Positions 24,810-35,956 of a stretch of 64,000 nucleotides of DNA are shown here, in pieces. The stretch comes from Schizochytrium sp. TIO01 (taxonomy: Eukaryota > Protista > Bigyra: Labyrinthulomycetes): the NCBI GenBank assembly GCA_004764695.1, contig SMSO01000032.1, positions 4,558,483-4,622,482 of the forward strand. The letters are read 5' to 3'. The notes beneath the pieces were generated by a model. It saw only the letters and a program-made list of their open reading frames with translations. It was not told the origin of the DNA and did no database searches. Within the stretch, counting starts at the first letter, position 1; the number at the start of each line of letters is the position of its first letter. The position numbers and the translations under genes are program-made.

Positions 24810-26117
24810 ATGGCTCAATGGTGGGAAAGGAAGCGGGCACCTAAACACATTCATGGGAATTCTACCTCGAGGCAAGCCTCGGTACTATATACCAAAGTTT
24901 TTGTTGGACTAGTAATTGGATTTGCCACAATTATTTTCCTGAATTTTGAATTCCTGTTCACCGACTCATCAGCACAAATATCCAATGCAGTATCTTTACC
25001 AGAGGCAGAGATCCTTCAGGCTTCTGTAAAACCTATTATTCCCGTTCCTCCACAAGTATCAGAAGAGAAGGGAAACGTTCAGAATTCAATTTCTCAGAAG
25101 CAATTACGCCACACCGACGAATCTGAGCACTCATCATCCGAAGACAGTAGCCTTGAACCCGCATCTAGAGAATATCCTAATGCTGTCACAGTTGATGAAA
25201 AAATCCAACTGAAAGCTGAAGCTGAAGAACGCAAGAAGATGCTTAAAGCGTCTAGTGGGCGTCGAATCCGGTCTGATTGCGATGTCCCATGTGCCGTACA
25301 AAGCTATGGTGGTATTGTTGGAAAATACTCTGTCTTTGATGAAGAGAACATCGCAACAACATTCATGTCGACGATGGAAGGTCCTAGACATTACCCCCAA
25401 ACCTTGCACAAGAATGGCGCGCACGGGCTTTCCACAACTTCTTTTCAGAGTGATATTATCATGCCCTATTTCTCCTGGGCCGAGTATGACATTAAGATGC
25501 CAGCAATCCATCCCGAGAACGTAATCCAAGGAGCTTCGTTCGCTGCCCGGAACTGTCACAGTCTGAACAACCGTGAACTCCTTGTGAGGACATTGCAAAA
25601 ACACATTCGTGTCGATGCTGTAAGTGATTGCTTGCATAATGCACCGTGGCCGGCCGGCATTTCTCGCCAGGACAAATACAGAATGATGCAACAGTATATG
25701 TTTCATCTTGCGGTTGAAAACGAATGCTCGGATGACTATATTACTGAAAAGGTTTGGGGAGCCCTGTCATCGGGGTCCCTACCCATTTACTTCGGTGCTC
25801 CAAACGTTAACAAGCATGTCCCTGAACACTCTGTAGTTAACGTAGCAGATTTTTCAGACTGGGACGAACTTGGTGAGCATTTGAAATATCTTACTCAGAA
25901 CCATACTGCCTACATGGAATACCATGCATGGCGTGATAAACCCTTCTCACAACGCTTTCTCGACACATTTTACCTCACCAATACACACTCTGAGTGTCGT
26001 AGATGCAGGTGGGCTTACGCGAAAAAGCATAATCTTGGTTGGGACCACTTTCGCCAAGAAATTGTTTGGCAACGTGGTGCTGAATTTGAGTCTCCCAAAC
26101 CTCTCCCGCCACTTTGA
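24810..26117 (+). CDS. Alpha-1,3/4-fucosyltransferase (GT10), type II membrane protein
   Basis: N-terminal TM helix (VFVGLVIGFATIIFLNF), stem region, GT10 motif YMFHLAVENECSDDYITEKVWGALSSGSLPIYFG, then AYMEYHAWR. Confidence 0.93.
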   Translation: MAQWWERKRAPKHIHGNSTSRQASVLYTKVFVGLVIGFATIIFLNFEFLFTDSSAQISNAVSLPEAEILQASVKPIIPVPPQVSEEKGNVQNSISQKQLRHTDESEHSSSEDSSLEPASREYPNAVTVDEKIQLKAEAEERKKMLKASSGRRIRSDCDVPCAVQSYGGIVGKYSVFDEENIATTFMSTMEGPRHYPQTLHKNGAHGLSTTSFQSDIIMPYFSWAEYDIKMPAIHPENVIQGASFAARNCHSLNNRELLVRTLQKHIRVDAVSDCLHNAPWPAGISRQDKYRMMQQYMFHLAVENECSDDYITEKVWGALSSGSLPIYFGAPNVNKHVPEHSVVNVADFSDWDELGEHLKYLTQNHTAYMEYHAWRDKPFSQRFLDTFYLTNTHSECRRCRWAYAKKHNLGWDHFRQEIVWQRGAEFESPKPLPPL

Positions 26118-26967
26118 AGGATAAATTTGAATACAGAACCAGATCTTACGCCAACCTGAGATAAGCAAAAGCTGTTGTAGTTTGCGCTTCTCTTTCATAT
26201 ATGTTAAGGAAGCTTTAGAGTTTCTGGTCAGCTTCGTCGGGATGTACTCTGAACATACTTCAGGATTGTCGTGTTTGCTTACTTGCTAAGTTCGCTTGAT
26301 GCAATCGTTCTTTAATATGCTGCTTTGAAACGTTTCTCTTTTTTATCTACTATTCCTTCAAAACATAAATAAAAACAGAAAACTTCCGTCTTTTTGGATT
26401 GCTATCCGTGAATCAAAAGAAATATAATCTCTGCGCTTGAGCCATCTAATCCAATTATCTTGGTGGAAAAGTACAGCATGGTGGATCATCACGCCTCGTT
26501 TTTACTTAGCGTGACCAATTACTTGTTTTTTTCCTGTTACTAGCGGGTTATAATAATAATAACTTAGCGTTAGCATGAGATATTGTTATTTGTTTTTATT
26601 TCTATTTAAAATTTGTTCTAAACCCCTATTGATGCTATAGTATAATTTTTATTATTTTATTTTTAAATTAGACTAAATTGTATATTCTAATAGATATATA
26701 TATATTATTTTATTTATTTTATTTAGAGAAAAAGGCTTAATAAGGAGAAAATAAGAATAATCACATCATCATATTCATCGTGAGAATGATGATGATGATA
26801 ATAATTGAAAATAGAGGCCTAAAGAAAAAGGAATAATGTGCGAAGTCTTTCTCTCGACATGAACATTACCAAATCAATGCAAACCAATCTCATTTCTAAA
26901 CGGCGCGAAGTTGGAAAGGAAGACCTCAGAAACAGCGCTGATACAGGCGCAGGGATTGCGAGTGCAG

Positions 26968-29427
26968 ATGCCTACTCGCAGGCAGACGCGACAACAGCAA
27001 CGCCGTACCTTGCAAGAAGACAACGGGGAAGGAGGGAAGAATGTCACGGAAGTCAACAGAGGCAAGGATGACGGCACTCGAGACTACTCTTCAGGGGGGC
27101 TAGCAGGAGTAAGTGGGGAAGCTGATTCTGTGGAAGCACAAAGTGTTGGAAGGAGATCAACTCGCAAACGAACAAGTGTTGCCTCTATCCCGGATGTGGC
27201 TGAACCGACATTGTCGAAAAGACCTCGCCGGCCGAGTCGATCTCTTAAGAAGGCTCCGTCCTCACAATCAATCAATCAACACGTTGCCAAACCAAACCTC
27301 TGGCCTTGCAAAATGAACAGCAAAAATCTTTATGAACTTCTTCAAGAACAAACACTAGAGTGGCTTGTAGACTTAGAGTCAACACTCTCGAATGTACAGC
27401 CCCACACATCAGAAGATTTTCGCAACCTTGCCAAGAGGGCGCAAGAAACAGTCGAGCCATTTGCTTCGAAAAGGTACTCATCTCTTCAGCGCGCCGCACT
27501 CTTACTTCAAAGTCTGTCTCAGGAAGTTGACGCACAAAGTGATGACCCAGAAAAACTTGCACAAAAGCTGGTAGGCATTACAAGTCGCTCGCTTGGACTA
27601 GTGTACGGAGGCGCAGCTTCAGACCTTGAACTCGGCAGATCAAAACCTGCAGAAGTCCCACATACTGAAGAGTTGCTACATGCTGTTTGCCAGATGTGGC
27701 TATCTGAAGATGCAAACAGTTTTCGTAAACGCTTGGTAGGCATTCGCGCAGCTCTTAAATATGGCCGGAAAGGGTGTTGCGCGCATGCACTGGTGCAAAA
27801 ACTCACGGATAGAAGAACTGCCTTGTTACCCGTTGGCCGAACTGACCCATTATCAGTTTCAAATTGTCTCTATACCGTGGGATTTTTTGAAGGGCTTACA
27901 GGGAAATGCTATGACGATGGAATAATAACAAAGGTAGAAAGTGGAGATCGAACTCAAGTTTCAAAGATGTCAGACAGCCCCAAACCGTCAACTAATGACA
28001 AAGTCGCAAAACTCAAACCAATAATTTCTGAATCTGATCAAGATAAAACTGGTCAAAACGAGTTGAAAGCTGCTTCAACTACATTAACAACGCAGAATCT
28101 AGGCACATCCAAGACAAATTTTGATTCAACATCTAGCCAGGAAACAACTACTCACGTGGGCACATCCCCAGATCTTCAGGATGCTCCTGATTCTGGTCAT
28201 CTTAAACTTAAGTCCCCAGAGGACCTAAAGGTCATCAGGACAAGTAAGGATCAAATAAACACTGAAAACTCTGCTATGGGGAAGCAATTGGGCCAGCTTC
28301 CGAATAAGCCTTCGGTCGAAGCTTCGCTTCAGAAAGAGGACACAAGCTCAGCAATCAACCCTCCAGACACATCATTGCAAAACCCCTCATCTTTGCTATC
28401 AGTTCCTGATAAATTAATTCACTGCGAAAGTTCAGACGGTGCGTCTGGTCTTTCGAAGGGTCCTAGCCAACCGCAAATGTCTGGCACCTTGCAGAGTTCG
28501 ATCTCTGAAGTAAAGGATGCACCCAAAGATGGCAATAAACTTGGTGAACAAATTAATAATGCTGACGAAGCCAAACTTGCTGGTAAGGCATCAGATGTTG
28601 CTGCTCCGAGTGACGAGGTATCCAGTTTAGAAGAAGATGAAGAGGATGACGAGTTAGAGGCAGAGGAAGGAGGTGATGATGATGACAGAAATGAAGACCA
28701 TGCCATGCACTCGGATGGTGGAGCTTCAACTGATTCTGCATCGGGGCGTGGGAAAAAAAGCAAGAAAGATAAGAAGAAGAAGAAAAAGAAAAAGAAGAAG
28801 AAGAAAGAAAAGAAAGAAAAGAAAGAAAAGAAAGAAAAATCGCGTAAACGTAAGAGATCACTCAGCCCTGAAAGTGACTCGGAGCGTTTTGCAGAAGACG
28901 ATGCGAAATATTCAAGCAATAGAAAAAAACATCAAAGACTGCATGATAGTATTCTCGATAGCGATGTACATCCTGTGGATTTGGATCGGGAAAATGGCAA
29001 AAACGGATCCCAAGAAGACCATTCCCGCAGCATTCCTAATTCTGAAAGTAGAGATATGTTTGCTAAGAGAACTGAGTCAGAAGCCTCACTTTCCCCCGTT
29101 TCTGTAAGATTACAGCGAACGCCATCTGAAGACTCAGCTAAGCGATGGCCAGAACCTATAAAATCTCGTTTTACTCGAATATTGCAACGCCTCGAGCGAG
29201 TCAATCTTTCGGAAGATTCCCAAGCGCAAGCTTCGATGTTTCTTACCCGTTTTCCAAAGTCGATCAGTAATATCTTTCCAACTGATTCGGAGGGTGCTAG
29301 AGTTCAAGATCCGATTGTGCCAACGCTGCCTATTGATCCCGGCTGGCAACCTCGAGATTTACAATGGTGGGGAGTGCAGCGGTGTAGCCTTGATACATAC
29401 GACCATCAACCGTCTGACAACTCGTAA
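26968..29427 (+). CDS. Hypothetical probably nuclear protein with acidic tract and poly-Lys/KKE tract
   Basis: 819-aa ORF from ATG 26968; helical N-terminal domain, long disordered region, DKKKKKKKKKKKKEKKEKKEKKEK tract, Trp-rich C-terminal motif. No family recognised. Confidence 0.75.
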   Translation: MPTRRQTRQQQRRTLQEDNGEGGKNVTEVNRGKDDGTRDYSSGGLAGVSGEADSVEAQSVGRRSTRKRTSVASIPDVAEPTLSKRPRRPSRSLKKAPSSQSINQHVAKPNLWPCKMNSKNLYELLQEQTLEWLVDLESTLSNVQPHTSEDFRNLAKRAQETVEPFASKRYSSLQRAALLLQSLSQEVDAQSDDPEKLAQKLVGITSRSLGLVYGGAASDLELGRSKPAEVPHTEELLHAVCQMWLSEDANSFRKRLVGIRAALKYGRKGCCAHALVQKLTDRRTALLPVGRTDPLSVSNCLYTVGFFEGLTGKCYDDGIITKVESGDRTQVSKMSDSPKPSTNDKVAKLKPIISESDQDKTGQNELKAASTTLTTQNLGTSKTNFDSTSSQETTTHVGTSPDLQDAPDSGHLKLKSPEDLKVIRTSKDQINTENSAMGKQLGQLPNKPSVEASLQKEDTSSAINPPDTSLQNPSSLLSVPDKLIHCESSDGASGLSKGPSQPQMSGTLQSSISEVKDAPKDGNKLGEQINNADEAKLAGKASDVAAPSDEVSSLEEDEEDDELEAEEGGDDDDRNEDHAMHSDGGASTDSASGRGKKSKKDKKKKKKKKKKKKEKKEKKEKKEKSRKRKRSLSPESDSERFAEDDAKYSSNRKKHQRLHDSILDSDVHPVDLDRENGKNGSQEDHSRSIPNSESRDMFAKRTESEASLSPVSVRLQRTPSEDSAKRWPEPIKSRFTRILQRLERVNLSEDSQAQASMFLTRFPKSISNIFPTDSEGARVQDPIVPTLPIDPGWQPRDLQWWGVQRCSLDTYDHQPSDNS

Positions 29428-30496
29428 GGCCCTAATTAGTATTGCATGTGACCACTTTTCTGGCCTTTGTCTTGACGATGGGTATTGGATTCTAAAACAT
29501 GGGAAGGACCCACACTCCTTCCTCTTGAAGAAAGAATGATCACATAAACACCCCCCCCCCCCTCTCTCTCTCTCGCTATCTACAAGTATTGCGACAAACC
29601 TAAAATCAAAATAACCTTTTCTAACTGACTCCTTAGCCTGGAGTATCATTTAGAAAGACGAACACTATCGCAAGTTAGTAACTAAGCATTGAAATTTGAT
29701 TTTGAAGCTGATCTAGTCAACAGTGGAGACGAGAGGTTCCTTTTTAACGAGCAATTTTTTTTGTCTTTGTGTTCCGTCTCCCCGCTTTTCCTTGAGCAGG
29801 TGAGCTTGTGACTTGAAACCTTTTGCGAATGATCATTGTGATTATCGAAACCTGTTGCGAATGCTCATTTTGATTGTTGAAACAGTAGCATTTCAACAAC
29901 TTCAAGAATGTATAGGATCTAATAAACCCTTTCAGACAAATTTAAAACTTTGGGGTTTTCATGATTCACTGAATGGTCCACAGATTTGTACATTACTATA
30001 CTTTGCAAAAGGGAACAACAGTAAATTTGGCACATCCTACCACTTGATATGGAGAAGATTTTGTAAAACTTTAAAAGGACCAAGGAAAGGAAAACGCAGT
30101 AGAGCCCATTTTTTGCAAAATGGAGATATATTCCCTTCTTCCTCCATTGGTCTCTATACTAATGTATATAAAAATTTGGTTTCCACCTCTGCATCCTGTT
30201 CCAATAACAGCTCATTATCAAGGATCGATTATATTCACTTTAGCTGTCACTGTAAATGCCTAGCTGTTCGTTTTTGTAATGTTATATCTTTATCTAAATC
30301 TAGCAAGCTCGTTAAGGCGGAAGCATCGGCAGCCTAGATGTTTTATTTGAATTCTTCATAGTAATAGGCTTTGGGAGGGAAGAGTGAAATGTCATCTCAG
30401 ACAACTCTCCTAACAAAGTTGTTAATTCGGCAATAACACAACCGTTTGTCCTCGAACTTTTGAAAAACAAAAACAAAAATATAACCTACAGTTACC

Positions 30497-30570
30497 AATC
30501 TCCGGCGGGACTTGAACCCACGATCTCCTGATTCGTAGTCAGGCACCTTATCCAACTTGGCCACGGAGAC
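30497..30570 (-). tRNA. tRNA-Arg (ACG), left array copy 1
   Basis: Reverse complement GTCTCCGTGGCCAAGTTGGATAAGGTGCCTGACTACGAATCAGGAGATCGTGGGTTCAAGTCCCGCCGGAGATT folds as a cloverleaf: anticodon arm CCTGA-CT-ACG-AA-TCAGG, A20, TTCAAGT T-loop. Confidence 0.96.
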
Positions 30571-30929
30571 AAGTTTATATGTCGCTGATACTGCTTTGGA
30601 AATCAACCAATACATTTATAACACTAATGTAGCACCAAATATTTGTCCTGAACATCGAGCTCATTATATCCATTCATCCTTTTTCCACCACTGCCAAAAA
30701 TTTATAACTTGTTGTAGGAGGTAGCTAGCTTTTACTTTTATAGAGGCCCATAGCTATATTTATGTGTATTATTTTTTTAATTAAAAAAAGAAAAATGATA
30801 ATAAACTAACTTAATTGGAAGGGCTAATCAACCTAACTGAGATCTCAATCAGGTACACCAAATAGTGCAATCGTACTAAAGAAACCATTTGCAAACAAAA
30901 ATTTAACAGTGCAACCATTCAGTTCACTC

Positions 30930-31003
30930 AATCTCCGGCGGGACTTGAACCCACGATCTCCTGATTCGTAGTCAGGCACCTTATCCAACTTGGCCACGGA
31001 GAC
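30930..31003 (-). tRNA. tRNA-Arg (ACG), left array copy 2
   Basis: Identical 74-nt sequence. Confidence 0.96.
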
Positions 31004-31089
31004 AGTTCAGTAACTTGATCGTTAGATGTCCCTGCCATTTTACAAATTTTAACTGAATGATCTTCTCTGAAAGAGAGAGCAAAAAAATT

Positions 31090-31163
31090 AATCTCCGGCG
31101 GGACTTGAACCCACGATCTCCTGATTCGTAGTCAGGCACCTTATCCAACTTGGCCACGGAGAC
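31090..31163 (-). tRNA. tRNA-Arg (ACG), left array copy 3
   Basis: Identical 74-nt sequence with downstream oligo-T terminator. Confidence 0.96.
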
Positions 31164-31266
31164 ATTTTAATTGGTTATCGAGTCAGGAACTTCCGCTCCA
31201 TATATTGTCGCAACATAACTCCATAGAAATCAAACTACCTCACTTTGAGTGAGTAAAAAAGAAATC

Positions 31267-31340
31267 AATCTCCGGCGGGACTTGAACCCACGATCTCCTG
31301 ATTCGTAGTCAGGCACCTTATCCAACTTGGCCACGGAGAC
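31267..31340 (-). tRNA. tRNA-Arg (ACG), left array copy 4
   Basis: Identical 74-nt sequence with downstream oligo-T terminator. Confidence 0.96.
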
Positions 31341-34228
31341 AATTAAATTCTTGGTAGAGATTGAGATACTGGAAAATATATGAAACTTTACACAATACAG
31401 CAATATAATTTGGTAGAATGATTGATCCCCTAGTAAAATCTTGTCTTCGTACTGTCATTGAAAGTCTACATTTTTATACAGAAAAGAGGCGAATGATAAA
31501 TAACAAGATGTATATGATGGTGTTGAAGTCTACCAAAATGTGTTCACAAAATACTATCTTCTAACTACAATGACAGCATGCATTATCTTTTACTTACTGA
31601 CTTCTAAATCTGATATTGATACTACCATAGAGCTTTGCAAGCTGCCTCTCTCGAAGTTTTAAATGATCCAATGACGCTTGACGTATGCACTGTGGAGAAG
31701 AAACAATATATTTCATTATATATATGTGTATATAGTCATAACTCTCTCCTGGTCACATTTAATATGTTGAGGTTATCATAACTTTGTAAAGTCTACTGCA
31801 ATTGACGATCCTCACATATTTGGTTTTTGTCATCGCTTTACACCCAAAGGCTATGTGAAGAGATTTTTCCGAATTTAATAAACTTCCTTCATTGCACAAA
31901 GTCCAAGGTATCTCTTATATGGTTAAATCCCATGTTTGAGAGGGCTTTTATACCATCCTCGCTATCAAGTCGCACTAAAGAATATACGAAAGAGCAACCA
32001 TGATAACTCAAATTGCTATATATCCTTTTAAATACGGCGTGCCTATACCTATACTATATGGTCACGAAGTTGTTTGGATGGAAATGTAGCTACTATCGGA
32101 GAAGAAGTCGGTGTTGAACCGCATCAATGCTAGGTGCCTGCCTGTCATCTATTCTATTAAACATTGATGTTAATTCTGTATATTTTGATGTGTGTTTTCA
32201 AGATTATCTTACCTCAAAACTTTCTCTTGGGCCAGATTAGGTAGTCATTCGTAAAACCAATACATGTGTATGCCAAATATTCTGACATTTAGTATCTTCT
32301 TTGCCATCTTTTTTAAGTGCAGATTTCCGTGCGAGCTAAAAATGTTGTAATCTTTCTGATATAACATATGGGCTGTGTTGTAATATTGCGGTTCGTAACC
32401 CTTTGGTACTGCCTGGTTTGTGTCTATACCGTTCCTAAAGATATTCATATGTTGCTACGCATAAACTTATGAGAACACTTCTATGTCTTATCGATTTCAC
32501 TTTCTTGGGTATCATGTATTAGTGCTAGCAACGCTGCGGACTCATACTTCAATAATTGTATAAGTTTCTTTTACATCATAAGACTCAGCATCCTCTTTCA
32601 TTCACCGAAGCTTGTGTGCCTAGTAGAATAAGAGCATAAATAGGAGTTGGTTTGGCACAAGGATCATGTAAATAAAGTATTTCATATGTAGTGTCGAGTG
32701 AAACAGTTTTGCTTTCGAAATTTATATGCGAATAACGATGGGGTTACATCTGAGCTACGTCACCAGCACAGCGGTGCGGCCATTACCAATTGAAGGGTCA
32801 TGAAGAAAAGGCAGTATAAGACCCCCCCCGGCACAGTACGATAACTCCTAAATTATTGGAATTATCTAAGATAACAAAACGACTTTCAGGTTCGCGGAGA
32901 TGTAAGGCCAAGGGAACCCAAAGGTGAAAGTATACTACATAGTCAAGGAGATATGGAATGACAAACCGAAGTATTGGTAGCCCTACAGCTCTGTATAATA
33001 GAGATAAAGTCTGCTATAGTCTCCAAATTAGAACAAGCAGTCCAGCTTGGTGTTCATCATTAAGTTTGGCAAATCGTTAAGTCTATCAACAATTAGCCTA
33101 GGTATACGATGCCTTTTCAGTCAGTCATCATCGTGTACTACAAGCGTCTCGCCTTCATCAGTCAAATGTTGACTGGGAAGAGGTTGGCTTGCAGTACTAT
33201 AGACACAACAGATCGTAGAATTATATGAATTGACTAACGCAATATTGAGTAACCAAATATCTTTTACATATGATGCGAGGTGACTTCCCTTCCCTTCACT
33301 TCCCAATTATGAACTTTGACCAGCTATCAACACTATACTGAGTGCACATGCACCGATCTGGAGTTGTTTATTTGTTTCTTGATGGGATCTAGTTTTAAAC
33401 TCCTCCGCGCAGCCCTTTAGGCGTACTGTATTCATCAAAGTGATTTCGTGTCCACATGATATTTTGGTTGATAGATAATCTTAGTCCTGGAATCTTTCTA
33501 GTCACTAAACTTGGCAAACGTATCGTGAATACTTTCTAAACAGCGGACTTCAGCTATGGTGTTCATACTGAAGAAGAGCATAAATGTCAATGAGAGACAT
33601 ATGGTGGATGTAAGTCTCTGCAACAAACCTTCAGAAAGTCTTCACAATGGCAATCGGTTGTTCTTGTAACAGTAGCTGTGCCGCGTCACATTCCCTCTAG
33701 CTGTTGCAGCAAGAATAGGATAGCAATTGAAAAATATTCAACTAAAGAAACGTTCTTAAAAAAAGAAAAAGATAACTCTAACAAATCTGAGTGAGAAAGA
33801 AGTATTGTGGGCAGATCCTGAATGAAAAATCTTTATTTTAAAGAATATGCAACTCAACAAGTTCAAGAAACAAGTTCGCACGCGAGAACATTTGTGCTTA
33901 ATAGAAGATCCTAGTTCTCTTGTTCAATCTATTTTATATTGAATTACCTGTTAATGACGGTCCTGAGCATGAAGAATGACTGCGTTGATAAATACAACAT
34001 TTTGCTATACTTCTTCTGGCTACCTACTTAAGGTGCTAATGTATAACTTGGTAGTAGCTATTATGTCTCATAATAGCACTACGAATAGTACCATGATAGT
34101 ATTGTATTAGGCCTCTACGATTAAGTGTTACACGATGGAATGAGATGCATAGACGTGAAAGTCGTTGATTCTGGCTGGGGCAGCGTTGCATCTGAGCGTC
34201 CTTTAATCCAGACGCCACACGAGGCAAA

Positions 34229-35395
34229 ATGGTAGGCGTAAATACAGACACCGCCATCGGCTTAGGATTTTGTATCCTTTCGGGTATCCTATCTAGCCTT
34301 GGCCTCATTGCCATGAAGTCTGTGATCACTGTGGACGAAGAACAACTTGTAGAAGCTATTTCCCCTAGCTACGATGATGCGGAAGAGGACAGTGCTAGGT
34401 TTGACGAGCTCCAACCGCTTGGTCATCATCACCGACTTATATCTCGTCGGACGTCTTCTATTTTTGAGGATTTTGCTGCAACACGCGATGTTTCCGTGGA
34501 GGTACTCAGTAGAGCGAACTTAAAATGGGCTGCTGGACTGTGCTCCTACACGGCAGGTCAAGCACTCAACCTCATTGCCTTATCATACCTTGAACAGGTT
34601 ATCTGGGCTGTTTTAAGCTTATTTTCCCTTGTTGCAAACGCATGTTTTGCGCACGTACTTTTAAATGAAGAGCTTACGTGTTTTGACCTGCTTTGCACTG
34701 GCCTTATCCTGATCGGAAGCACATTAGTTGTTATAGCAAATAGTGCCGCTGTCTCAAATACAGCTGCTCCATCAGTTGAAGATTTGATTGCCCACTTTTC
34801 TAGACCTTGGTTTGAGGTTTATGCAGTCTTTTTAGCCGTGCTAGTCCTTGGCTGTGCTATCCACGGGGCGCGTAGTCTTGGTCGAGGTCATCATGTTCAC
34901 GCCCTTACCTGGACAATCCTGTCAGCAACATGTGGGTCCGTCTCAGTCTTACTGGGAAAATGTATTGTTGAGGTAATTGGCATTGTGTATCACAATCGTT
35001 CCTCTTCAGAATCTATTCTATCTGCACCGTCTACTTATATTGTACTGGGAGTCTTTGTTATAGCTGCTCTCGGTGCTCTTGTAAGTCTTAATATGGCTCT
35101 CGCAGTTGGGGAGGCTCTTCTTGTAGTGCCGTACCTAACAGTGACCAATACTTTACTGGCAATCATGGGAGGCATACTGTATTTTGAAGAATTCCAAGCA
35201 TTCCAAGCTGCCTACAGTGCTGTCATATTCGCACTTGGCGTCACCTTGGCACTGCTTGGCGCATACGTGCTTCAGCGAAATCGTGGGCGCCAGAATCACG
35301 AATCGACACAGCAGGTCACAAAACCGAAGCTCACAATTACTGTTCCTCGAAGTGCCATCAATGGGGGCGGGCAAGGAAGTTATAGGACATTTTAA
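34229..35395 (+). CDS. NIPA-family magnesium transporter-like (DMT superfamily)
   Basis: About 9 TM helices; WAAGL..GQALNLIALSY, SLVANACFAHVLLNEEL, LNMALAVGEALLVVP, GGILYFEEF. Confidence 0.88.
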   Translation: MVGVNTDTAIGLGFCILSGILSSLGLIAMKSVITVDEEQLVEAISPSYDDAEEDSARFDELQPLGHHHRLISRRTSSIFEDFAATRDVSVEVLSRANLKWAAGLCSYTAGQALNLIALSYLEQVIWAVLSLFSLVANACFAHVLLNEELTCFDLLCTGLILIGSTLVVIANSAAVSNTAAPSVEDLIAHFSRPWFEVYAVFLAVLVLGCAIHGARSLGRGHHVHALTWTILSATCGSVSVLLGKCIVEVIGIVYHNRSSSESILSAPSTYIVLGVFVIAALGALVSLNMALAVGEALLVVPYLTVTNTLLAIMGGILYFEEFQAFQAAYSAVIFALGVTLALLGAYVLQRNRGRQNHESTQQVTKPKLTITVPRSAINGGGQGSYRTF

Positions 35396-35956
35396 TCACA
35401 ACATTCATAGTTTCTGTTCCCCAGAAGCGCTTACCAGCATCTCCCTCTATAATGGAAAATCGTAGTGTAAGCAAAGCAGTCTCGTGAATTCGTTGATTGA
35501 CAAATGTGATCTATGGTTTATGTACCCAACGTCCTGAGCAGATGTTTTATAGAGTCACGTGATGCAGCTGTTGACTGTTCACATACGTTCAAGGATTTCC
35601 TAATACTCAACGAAACTCGCAATCGATTGGCAAACTAAACTAGTCTGTTGGAAAGTCCTATTCACAAACTGACTGTGGCGGCGGCACCTATGTGCAATCT
35701 TGTTTTATAGACGGGCAGAGTTTGAGGGACCACTATCCAAGTTAGTCACAACAAGTATAGCAACGATTGAAAATCTTTACAAAAAAACAAGGTGTTAAGC
35801 ATTTTGTTGATTTATTTATTTCTTGCTCAGTCGCGAAAAAACACAAGTCGTCCCAATATATTTCCTGATATTGTGGATCATCGTATATAATTTTACGAGT
35901 ATGTTGTTCCTTTTATTTAAGAATAGGCCGTTTCCGTGGAGTTTCAGACAACCAAT

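Noticed and set aside
29813-30337. 174-aa ORF
   Set aside because: TTG start, AT-rich, no motif or coding-like composition.
30397-30615. Short ORFs containing VSVAKLDKVPDYESGDRGFKSRRR (also 38003-38257)
   Set aside because: These are translations of the tRNA-Arg gene.
31341-34200. Centromere core or hidden gene between the tRNA arrays
   Set aside because: No satellite, no long ORF and no diagnostic motif. It cannot be claimed from sequence and is kept only as a hypothesis under the array finding.
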